Assembly: GCA_026026165.1 (NCBI GenBank)
Contig: JAPEUD010000046.1
Location: 186,001-206,399, forward strand
Source: Sarea resinae
Taxonomy: Eukaryota
Length of the DNA: 20,399 bases
Reading direction: 5' to 3'
Made by a program: the position numbers and the translations under genes. The notes under the pieces were generated by a model. It was not told the origin of the DNA. It saw only the letters and a program-made list of their open reading frames with translations, and searched no databases. Shown here in pieces: positions 10,701 through 19,894 of the stretch. How positions within the stretch are numbered: position 1 is the stretch's first letter; each line of letters starts with the position of its first letter.

Positions 10701-11991
10701 CTAATGTCAGGTAGGAACGGGAAAGACAACGACCGCTCGAAGAATGGGCAAGGTGTATTATGACATGGGGTTTCTTGCTACCGCCGAGGTGGTGGAATGC
10801 TCTGCTACAGACCTGGTCGGCCAATATGTCGGCCAAACAGGGCCGAAAACACAGAAGCTGCTCGAGAAAGCACTGGGAAAGGTTCTTTTCATCGATGAGG
10901 CCTATCGCCTTGCAGATGGCCCTTTTGCTAAAGAAGCTATGGATGAGATTGTTGACTGCCTTACGAAGCCGAAGTTTGCGCAAAAGCTCGTTACTATTCT
11001 CGCAGGCTACGACGCCGATATTAATCGACTCATGTCTATGAATCCAGGATTAACCAGCCGCTTTCCAGAGACTGTCGTTTTCAGAAGTTTCAGTTCGAAA
11101 GAATGCGTGGAGCTCTTGACTAGATTGCTCCAGCAGAAAAAGATTGACGTTGGATTCTTCGAGCAGCCTTTTTCATCTCAAGGTATTCGACAGCGATTTG
11201 ACGAGCTTTCGAAACTAGCAAATTGGGCAAATGCCCGAGACGTCCAGACTCTGGGAAAAGCCATCTTCGGGAAGATGATCAAATCTGCCACCAAATCGCA
11301 AACCACTTTGGTTGTCTCAGGGGATGCTGTACTTGAGGAACTTGATTCTATGATATCGGAGCGGGCACACAGAGACCAGGACCGAGAGTCGATGGGGCTT
11401 CAACAGTTGCAGCTCTCTGACTACCCACTTGCTCCTCCACCTACTTTGTTCGACCGACCCCAAGTGAGGAAAACCGGTCAAACTACTACCACTGCAAAAT
11501 CCGAGGCCCCGCCTACTAAACCCATTACGGCCAATGGGGAGGAGCGAGACAGTGATGTAAGCGACCAAGTATGGGAACGCCTGCAACAAGACAAAGCCCT
11601 AGCCGAAGAACGAGAGAGGGAATTCGAAAATCTACGGCAGCAAGAACGAATGCTCAAAGAGTCGATAGCTGTATCTGACAAGGAGGAAGCCGCCAAGGTT
11701 GCCCTTGAAGAGGCGAATGCTGCTGCCGCTGCCGCCGAAGACGACGAGATGCGACGGCGTGAGGAAGCACGTCTCAAGCACGAGCTTGAACGACGAGCCA
11801 GAGAAGCAGCGCTTGACGAGATAAACCGGAAGCGAAAAGAGGAGGAGAGAAAGCGGGAGATGGAAGCCAAAGCGCAGAAGAAATTAAGGGATCTGGGCGT
11901 TTGCTGCGCGGGATTTCGATGGATTAAGCAGGACTCGGGATATCGATGCGCAGGCGGGTCTCATTTTGTCTCTAATGCCCAGCTTGGGTGA
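4765..11991 (+). CDS. ZNFX1-like SF1 (Upf1-like) helicase + NFX1-type Zn finger + three CbbX/CfxQ/SpoVK-type AAA+ domains; 2305 aa, 7 exons (4765-6235, 6281-7720, 7794-8130, 8181-8929, 8976-9878, 9930-10670, 10715-11991)
   Basis: Six GT-AG introns of 44-73 nt give a 6918-nt continuous frame. Helicase motifs: IQGPPGTGKS, CYTNHALDQFL, VEEAGE, LIGDHKQL, QSLFERL, QHRM, TPY, TIDNYQGEE, RLNVLLSRAR. Cys/His cluster at about 8040-8350 (CGVHECPQRCH). AAA Walker A/B pairs: GNPGTGKT/LFIDEAY, GSPGTGKT/LVIDEAY, GPPGTGKT/LFIDEAY, each followed by NPGLxxRF and GNAR/GNAG/ANAR sensor motifs. Confidence 0.92.
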
Positions 11992-12338
11992 TGATGACTA
12001 TGAAAGTCTATATGTTTTAGGTTAGTCATTGCCGTAAGGTTCAATTCAGCCCTAGAATATCCGTAACATATTTCCTTGCACGCCTTCCTATGTACAGCCT
12101 CAGAGATGGCGATTGGGAATTGCGGCGCAGGCTGTGTAGCAACAGTGTTGTCACCAGTAGAAGGAGGTATAAGTTCTCCTAGTCGCGCCTGCGATCCTTG
12201 TATTCCCCATGTGTGATGTGCATACCAGCACGACTGTGTCGGTTGCTCCGTCTTCGCCAAGTCTCCGCTACCACCTACTCAGAGTATACAGTCAGCATAG
12301 GCGATCGCGACGACTGAAGATGTCCAGTTGCACGCACG

Positions 12339-14146
12339 ATGTCTTCAAGGCGGAAGGGGACTTTCGCTGTTCATGGCGCCAACCAGGCAGGCAGAGCGTC
12401 CAAGGTCCCGACTCCAGGGCCAGCGACGCCGCGCAGTGCTGGGAGTGATGACTGCCACGAGCCGAACGAGATGCCCGATGAACTCAACAACGCGGTCGCT
12501 CGAGATGTTCGGAAATTTGACATCAGCTCTTTCCCATACACGCTCCCGCCGGCCATCATAGACACGGCGTCGAGGTACTTTCAACCGGAGCAGAAACGAG
12601 GCTTTACCGCCCTCCCGCTCAAGCCTGACCACCACAATCGGCCGCTGTGAATTGACGGCTGGGGGAAGCTTACTCTGGAGAACTTCCATCCGCTGGCGCC
12701 TCCGGTGCGAGACTTTTTGATTACGATTGCCGAGCCAACGTCACGACCAACATACCTGCACGAGTACAAGCTCACGACCCACAGTCTGTACGCGGCGTTT
12801 TCAGTCGGCCTGGATCCGCACGACATCATGGGAACTCTCGACCTGTTCCTTGAAGAATAAGATGCCGCCCAATGTTATCGAATACATTACACACTGTGGC
12901 AAGAGCTACGGCAAAGTGAAGATAGTGTTGAAGAACAACAGGTACTTTCTAGAGACGACGGATCCAGTGGTATTGCAGATACTGCTGAAAGACCCTGAAA
13001 TAGGTCCTTGCCGAGTCGAAGGCGCCGAGGAAATCACCACGAGCGCTCCAACGACGGTGGTAGAGAACCCGAGGGCAAAGGAGGCATCTACTGCATTATA
13101 TCTTGCATTGGGCGAAGAGGATGACGACAATGACAACGACAATGACCGACATGGCATTCATGCATTCCAGATTGCAGACGAAAAGGTGGGCACGGTCGCG
13201 CAGCGGTGCTTGGCTTTACACTACCCTGCGGTCGAGGAGTATGATTTCAGGAAGGACCATCTTAATGCGGATTTGAACATGGATCTGAGACTGGCGACCT
13301 AGATCCGGCCATACTAGGAACAGAGTCTTAGCAAGATATTCGGTAACGGTCGTGCAAAGAGTGGCATCATTGTCCTTCCTTGCGGAGCTGGCAAGACTCT
13401 GGTCGGCGTCACGGCTGCTTGCACGATTCGAAAAGGAGTTGTCGTTCTGGCCACTAACAACATGTCGGTAGTCCAGTGGAGGAACGAGTTTCTAAAATGG
13501 TCAAATTCAGCCCAGATGATATTGCCATCTTCTCGTCGGACAACAAGTCGCTGCTTACTGGGAATACCGGAATCATCATCACAACCTACTCGATGGTGAC
13601 AAACACACGAGAGCGTGCTCACGAATCGGCTGAGATGATGAAGTTCCTCCAAAGTCGGGAATGGGGCCTCATGCTTTTGGACGAAGTGCACGTGGTACCC
13701 GCAGAGATGTTCCGAAGGGTCATTGGCTCTGTCAAGTCTCATGTGAAGCTGGGCCTAACAGCTACGCTTCTTCGAGAAGATGACAAGATTGAGGATCTAA
13801 ACTTCCTGATCGGACCAAAGCTGTACGAGGCTAACTGGATGGAGCTGTCCCAGCAAGGTCACATTGCAAAAGTCCAATGTGCCGAGGTCTGGTGCGCCAT
13901 GTCGAGCGAGTTTTACGAGCAGTATATGCAGGCAACCAGCCGCTGCGGGAGGCGCCGAAGAGCGGGCTTCCGCCGATGGCAAGGAGAACGGCCGGCGCAC
14001 TGAAGGATCTCAGCGGTGGACAGGATATGGCGTACATTGAGCGGAACCAGAGCGCGAACAAGTCGATGAAGCGGAAGAGTAGCCCGCACAGCGACTTCTT
14101 CAAGTCTCTCAGGAGGGAGAATGAGAGGCGAAGAAAGTTGGCTTGA
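12339..14146 (+). pseudogene. SSL2: Pseudogene of the TFIIH helicase XPB/SSL2/RAD25
   Basis: Recognisable XPB blocks: DFLITIAEPxSRP, HEYKLTx[87 protein letters not shown] and C-terminal LSGGQDMAYIE. Lesions: TGA at 12648-12650, +1 frameshift at about 12849, TAG at 13300-13302 and 13315-13317, -1 frameshift at about 13506, and loss of the second RecA domain at about 13943. Confidence 0.93.
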
Positions 14147-14563
14147 GAATTCTGCCGGCGCCGAAGATTGGAACCGGGATCTAGATCGGAACGACTATAA
14201 TGCTCATTTTCTGCGGCGGTCGCTGGCATCGAAGCCAAAGCGGTGGATGGCCATATAGAGTGCCGAGAGCGTGAGCGTGCAAGCACCAAAAACCGAGACG
14301 GCGCAGACGGACGAAGATAACGACGGCGTGGTGTGCGCATACATTCTTTACTTTGGGTCATGAAGATTGCCGGCGAGGGCCTGGTCGCAAAGGAGATGTC
14401 CAGAGCCCAATGTCTGTACCAAGGAATGGCCAATACCCGGCCCTAGTAACCGGCAGGTTGAGTACGGCCAGCTCAGAATAAACACCGATAGAAGGCCCGT
14501 CGTGAATGCGCAACAGCAGGACAAAATAGGGATAGCTTGAAGCTTTGAGCATGCTCGAACGAA

Positions 14564-14746
14564 TTATGAGTCAAAGGAGTCATAGGTGAACGATTTGCCA
14601 GCTCCGCCCCGACAAGAGCCATAGAAACAGTAGTTCTGGCACGATCCCAAGCTGTTTGTGCAGTCCCAGTCGAAGTTGACCGCCTCTGTGCCAAAAAGGA
14701 ACAACAAAAGAACGGTCACGCGAGCAATGATGGTGGCTGAGGACAT
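14564..14746 (-). pseudogene. 5' fragment (60 aa) of a secreted Cys-rich protein resembling fungal NucA/NucB-type deoxyribonucleases
   Basis: Signal peptide MSSATIIARVTVLLLFLFGTEA, then VNFDWDCTNSLGSCQNYCFYGSCRGG...FTYDS and a stop. I could not find the expected downstream SCDE(Y/F)PFAS catalytic motif. The family call is from recalled N-terminal similarity only. Confidence 0.55.
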
Positions 14747-15636
14747 GATGAAATCAAGCCAAGGTCTTTTGGTTTGCAGCAACTGGGTCGAGAAGACGGC
14801 GAGTGATTTGTGGTCAAAGAAACGATCGATTTGATGTTGAAGTCTGTCGTTTATGTGCTCTTCCCGCTCTTCCCCCTTTCGTGTCTTTTCTACAGCCTGC
14901 TGCGACCAGACGCATGTCCGCGCTCTACCTCACTGCCGCTCTCTGCATCCAAAATCGTGCACCAAAATCGTTTGACGATGCATGTCGGCATTCTCACATT
15001 CCAGTCTGCGCATTTCAGCCGTAGCGTGGCCGTAAGAGGATGATTTCATATCGTACGTTTGTAACGTTTTCGCCCCCAACGATTCCTCCAGGATTCCATT
15101 CCTTTTCCTTTGTATTCTCCTGTCCGTCAAGGCCGACGAATCAATGTGCTAGTAGAGAGGCCGTCATGACCGGCTGCTGCTTATGCCAAGGACATCGTGC
15201 CTCTGTGATGTTGTGCATCTATCCGAGCCAGGGAAGGTGCGGCGGGAGGACGGGGTCACGACCATGTTCTCGATCCATGTTCTCGATAGCCGAGGGCAGA
15301 TCGTCCACCAAACCATTGTCTTGCCGATCAAGATCGAGAGGGGAACGAGATGAGTATCAGTAGAAGGATGGAGCCGCATCGCAGGATTCCAAAGCCGATG
15401 CAGATGCAGATGTCACCTTTGGGGTCTCGTCGACTATATGACCACTCGCTTCGGCATGCTGCCTCCATGGACAACATATCGCAACACTACGATTCAAAGG
15501 AATCTACTACGAAAAGGATTCTACTACGAAAACCGAGTCAATTCATTTCATTCTGATCCCATCCGATCCGATCACAAAAAGAAAAACAGCGCAGCAGAAC
15601 ATAGATTCACCGCGAACGGCAAGGCCAAACTCAATC

Positions 15637-16337
15637 ATGGGTAAATCGCTGATCGCCTTCATCTGCATCCATGACATCTCCGCTCCGGTACGAAGATCTT
15701 CCTCGACCCCACCCTCAATCAGCTCGCTCATGATCTCATCATGCTCATTTTCCTCTGTCTCCTCTTCTGCTCGTTTCCATTCTCACCAGCGGAAACGATG
15801 TAATGCATCAGATTTCGAACGCTGCTGACAATTTCATTCCAGAGTCTCTCCGAAACCCTCACAGCCGCATACAATCAGAGCGACGAGTCCCCAGCGAGTC
15901 TGGTGCTCTTGACGGAGGACTCCCGATCGGCCCTGCAGCACTATACACAAGACTCGTTCTCACGCCCGCCTATAGGCCCCTTTGAATCTCCCTTTCTCGG
16001 CAAGAGCATTCAGGATGTGGCTGGGTTCCTGAACGACAACGCACACGGCACTATTGTCGAGCCGTCGCTGTTTTTCGTCGCGGATGAGCAGACCGCTAAA
16101 GACAACACACTACTCTTAGTGCAAGGGGCCCTAAAGTCGGGAACCCCAGATAATACAATCCAGACAGTACGGCTTGCGGCCGAGTTTGCCAACACAGAAG
16201 CCTTGGCAATATCAGTGGCCACCAAGGGGATCAATGAGTTGCAGACCTTACAGGATGGCGATGGCGTGTATCGGGGCGGGCCTAGGCATGGCGAGCCTCC
16301 GAAGAAGGGCGGTAAAGCGCCTCGGAAGCAGTTGTAA
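15637..16337 (+). CDS. Hypothetical protein, 181 aa, 2 exons (15637-15687, 15843-16337)
   Basis: Phase-0 intron 15688-15842 (GTACGA...GCTGAC...CAG) joins MGKSLIAFICIHDISAP to SLSETLTAAY..., which runs in frame into ORF 15903-16337. Protein-like motifs SPFLGKS and FFVADEQTAKDNTLLLV. An AT-rich 3' region follows. Confidence 0.72.
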
Positions 16338-16994
16338 CTACAGCGCTAAAGGCTAACAAGTAACTTGACTTTCTTATATTGTTAACATTTTTGTGTACCA
16401 GATACAGGATTCTATTTAGATAATCCTTTATTAGTTGCTAGAGGAGAGTAACGGTAGGGCTTAGACCAGTCAGAAATAGTTCGAGAACAAAGTAGAGTAG
16501 AGAGAAGTAATTTAGAGTTTTGAAAGAGGAGAAGAAATGTGAGTAAGAGTAAAAATAAGAATTCCCGTCATGCGCCGCTCGAATTTGTAACGACAGTGAT
16601 GATGTTGTTGTTCTTGTTGCAGGAGCGAAGCATGTGCGGGCACACGTCATCTGTGGCCGTACCTGGCCGCTTCGGCAGCCCTAGTCGTCCTTCCCGTTCG
16701 GGCGGTCCGTCCGTCACAGCTTCGGAAGCATCGGCTGTTCGTTTACGAGACTGGTGCCATTCCGTACCTGATTCTTTTGATGATACAGCTGACCTGGCCG
16801 GACATTCGCCTGCTTTTGGCCGTGAATACGAACAACCATTTATGCCTGAATAGGAATACGAGAAATACGCGAACAGGTCCAAAGAAAACGCGAGCCCAAT
16901 CCGCGTATAAAGATGCATTGCGCTGCTGGAACCCGGGGACGGCTTCGTCGCAGACCTATCCTGCGAACTGTATCTTGTCTCTGACCTCGAAGCG

Positions 16995-18271
16995 ATGTTG
17001 TTTTTCGATAAAGTCCAACGTCGCGGCATTGTTCCGGCTGGGTGCATCGCCACTGTACTGGGCTGGGTTGCTGCCGCAAGTGAAGCACAACCCATTCCGG
17101 ATGGCGTTCTGGTCGTGCCAATCATCCGTATCGAAAATCAGTCGTCGTATGGCATGGAAAGTAGGTTGACCAACCCAAAACACTCTTGGCCAATGCCTAA
17201 TAGATGATCAGTTGGGGTAGGCAATCCGCCGCAGGTCAACATCCTCAAGCTCGACACCGGCAGCTCCACCATCTCCTTTCAAAATCCTCAAAGCAACGAA
17301 TGCCAGCAGTCCAACTCGCCATGCGCCTCGTATGGGAGCTTCGACAATTCTTCTTCATCGACGTCCAAGTTCGTGAGCAGTACTGGCTTCAGCGATCAAC
17401 TCATCGATCATGCTTCGGGTGGCTACCTCAATGATACCTTGCGTTTCGGCGACCAGGTGGTGGATGACATGACTTTTGGGATGCGAGATGTCGTCGGTGC
17501 ATCTTACGACATCCTAGCCCCCGATGCGGCCATTCTTGGTGAGATGCCAAAGCGCTTGATCATGGGTTTTACTTATTGATCGCAGGGTTGGGCCAGGACT
17601 GCTCCGACGAGACTTGCAGTGGCTATAACACGTTTCAGCAACAACTCTACAATAGAGGAATCGTCAACAATCGTGCTTTCGGCATGTACTTTGGTCGCGA
17701 CGAGCTAAATGCTACCGGAAGCCTCATCTTCTCGGGCTACGATCGTGCCAAGCAAGCCGATGACGGATTCACTCTGGATGTCGTGGATCCAGCCTCGTCG
17801 GACGCAAACAACGGCCCGTTCACCGTCAACCTCACATCGTATTCCACCGACATTCAGGGCAATCGGACAACAGTGCCTCTCGACAGCGGTTTCTCCACCC
17901 TGGTCGACACCGGCAACCCCAGGTGGGAGCTGCCGAGCAATGTCCTGTCTATCGTCTGGGACTATCTCAGCGTGAACACGTCCTTGACAGCTTACCAATA
18001 CGGACCATATACCGTCGACTGTAAATTCCGCCGTCCCACAAACGATACCTTGACCGTTGCTTTCACAGATACTAAAAGCATCACCGTGACAATGGACTCG
18101 CTCGTGACGCCGATCGATTCCAATGTCTGTGCCACGTTTGTCGGTCCCGGTCAGAACCTCGGAGATCCTTTTCTTCGCAGTGTATACACGATTTTCGATA
18201 TTGACCGTCACGAGATATCCTTTAGCAAGGTGGCTCACACGGATTATATGAATATTGCTCCGATTTCGTAG
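16995..18271 (+). CDS. Secreted pepsin-like aspartic protease (MEROPS A1), 392 aa, 3 exons (16995-17160, 17212-17538, 17586-18271)
   Basis: Splicing out 17161-17211 and 17539-17585 gives YGMEIGVGNPPQ, LKLDTGS, AILGLG, GSLIFSGYD, LVDTGN and LGDPFLRSVYTIFD. Both catalytic DTG motifs are intact, and a signal-like N-terminus ends AASEA. Confidence 0.9.
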
Positions 18272-18380
18272 TTTTTTTTCTAGTAGACCTTCTAGGTAGT
18301 GAACTATAATAAAGAGAGACTTTAATACTGCCTTGTATAATCGAGCAAATCTAGAGCCTCGATGAAATGAATTGTAAGGA

Positions 18381-18662
18381 GCGCTGCGCAAATAGTAGGC
18401 AAATAGCCATAGCGTAGAATAATTATAGTAGTCTTTAGATGGCACATGTAGGAGCAGGTTGCCTATTTAGTAGGGCTTGTAATATTCTACGTGAATCATA
18501 CCAGGATTTAGCTGTGAGGTGCGCTGCGCTATATAGTAGGCAAATAGGCATAGCCCGGACGAGCCGGGTTATAGTGGTCTTTTTGGATGGCTCACGTGGA
18601 ACAGGTTCGTCTATGTACTGGTCCTCATACCGATTACTAGATCTCGTAATATTCTACGTGAA
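18381..18662. repeat. Diverged direct duplication (copies about 18381-18495 and 18521-18662) in an AT-rich tract
   Basis: Shared blocks in the same order: GCGCTGCGC, ATAGTAGGCAAATAG.CATAGC, TTATAGT.GTCTTT, GATGGC, CAGGTT, GTAATATTCTACGTGAA. Confidence 0.8.
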
Positions 18663-19073
18663 ATTTAGGTTAGATTTGGAAATTTAAAGATTTTTTAATT
18701 ATCACTCTACAATTACATACTCTTTAGATAAGTTGAGAGGCTCTTTCTCTACATTATTTGATTACCTTTATTGAATTTCTCTTATATAAAATATTCTAAA
18801 ATCTCTCGGACTTCTAGCTATGGTAGAGTAGGCTGTCGATGACTAACATAGGGATGCTGCGCGTACCCGATGTCTAAAGAAGTGATGCTTGACGATGATT
18901 GCCAGTGGGCACTGTTTTGTAAATATACTGAACGCTGATTCCAAGTGAACCAGCGTCGCTATGTGGATATATAACCTCATTGCTACAACCATTACTGTAG
19001 GATAGGGCTTGATGGCCTGCGCCACCTGCGCCTCGCCCCTGCGGCACCCCTTTGTCCGTAGCAGCCCTCACAT

Positions 19074-19706
19074 CAAGCGTCAACTTCCTTGCGGACATTG
19101 CACATGCAAAGGTCGTTGAAAGAGTCGGATCTGTGGTAGGCGACGATGGAATCAGGTATTTGTCTGACCCAAAGACGAGCAATTGTCAATCGATGTCGTT
19201 GGGAAGCCTTTGTGTCCAGCAAGCTGGCTCGATCGGATAGCTGGGATAGCGAGCGGCGTTTGGATCATCACCGCCGTCTTCTTTGAGCGGGCCGGCGTCG
19301 TGTAGTGGCGGTTTCCCTGCAGTGGGGATTAGCTGTGCCTTTGCAGGAGAGAAAGGCGAACTTATCGGGATCGAGATTTAGTCGTAGGAGGCGATGCACT
19401 CGCAGTCAGTGATCTCGCCGGGTGCTCTCCTGGCCATCCGAAGCTGCGAGGCCCTTGGTGCCCACGTAGTCAAGACGGGCCAAGCGGGGGTGATGTAGGG
19501 CGTTGAGGCCAAAGCTGCGAGGTTGGTCCACGTAGTCAAGACCGGGCCAAGCGGTGATAATTGAGGGCGTTCAGGCGACTCACTTCTCCGCACCAGAAGT
19601 CGGCAGGTATCGCCTCGACCGTTGCCTTTGTTAGTCATGGCTTCTATATCGTTGCCTCGACCGTTGCCCCGGCTAGAGTCATTGCTTCTTTATCCATTGC
19701 TTTGAT
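19074..19706 (-). pseudogene. Degenerate, rearranged partial copy of the 2675-4271 gene
   Basis: 19074-19182 matches 3081-3190 (e.g. GGTATTTGTCTGACCCAAAGACGAGCAAT). From about 19184 to 19706 it matches 3734-4228 (e.g. AGCTGGCTCGATCGGATAGCTGGGATAGCGAGCGGC, GTAGGAGGCGATGCACTCGCAGTC). Many indels; the intron is retained with a mutated donor. Confidence 0.93.
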
Positions 19707-19793
19707 AGAGCAATCTGATGACGGCGTGACTAGGCCAAATTAGGCACTTGCGACCACACCGAGAATCCTAACCGCATTGCAGGCCGCCATCCG

Positions 19794-19894
19794 AGTAGGA
19801 TTGCGCGGTACGTACCTGGTACGTGCCCTCACCGCCGCGCCCTGATTGGCCGGCCCGACCAGCAGAAAGTAGGATTGCGCCAAGTAGGATTGCG
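19794..19894. repeat. Three copies of AGTAGGATTGCG
   Basis: Copies start at 19794, 19868 and 19883. Confidence 0.8.

Noticed and set aside
4765..11991. Six separate genes or a frameshifted pseudogene, as the ORF track suggests; also a telomere-linked RecQ helicase or Helitron
   Set aside because: Canonical introns join all segments in frame. The motifs are Upf1-like SF1 and AAA+, not RecQ or Pif1/Rep.
13831..14433. 200-aa minus-strand ORF
   Set aside because: It is half antisense to the XPB pseudogene and has no protein-like features.
15130..15560. Short duplications (CCATGTTCTCGAT x2, TCTACTACGAAAA x2) and several small ORFs
   Set aside because: These look like local slippage, and no coherent gene model or family similarity could be supported.
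16568..17125. 185-aa minus-strand ORF
   Set aside because: It is Ser/Ala/Thr-rich with no motifs and overlaps the protease first exon and promoter in antisense.
17705..18445. 246-aa minus-strand ORF
   Set aside because: It is the antisense shadow of the aspartic protease exon 3.
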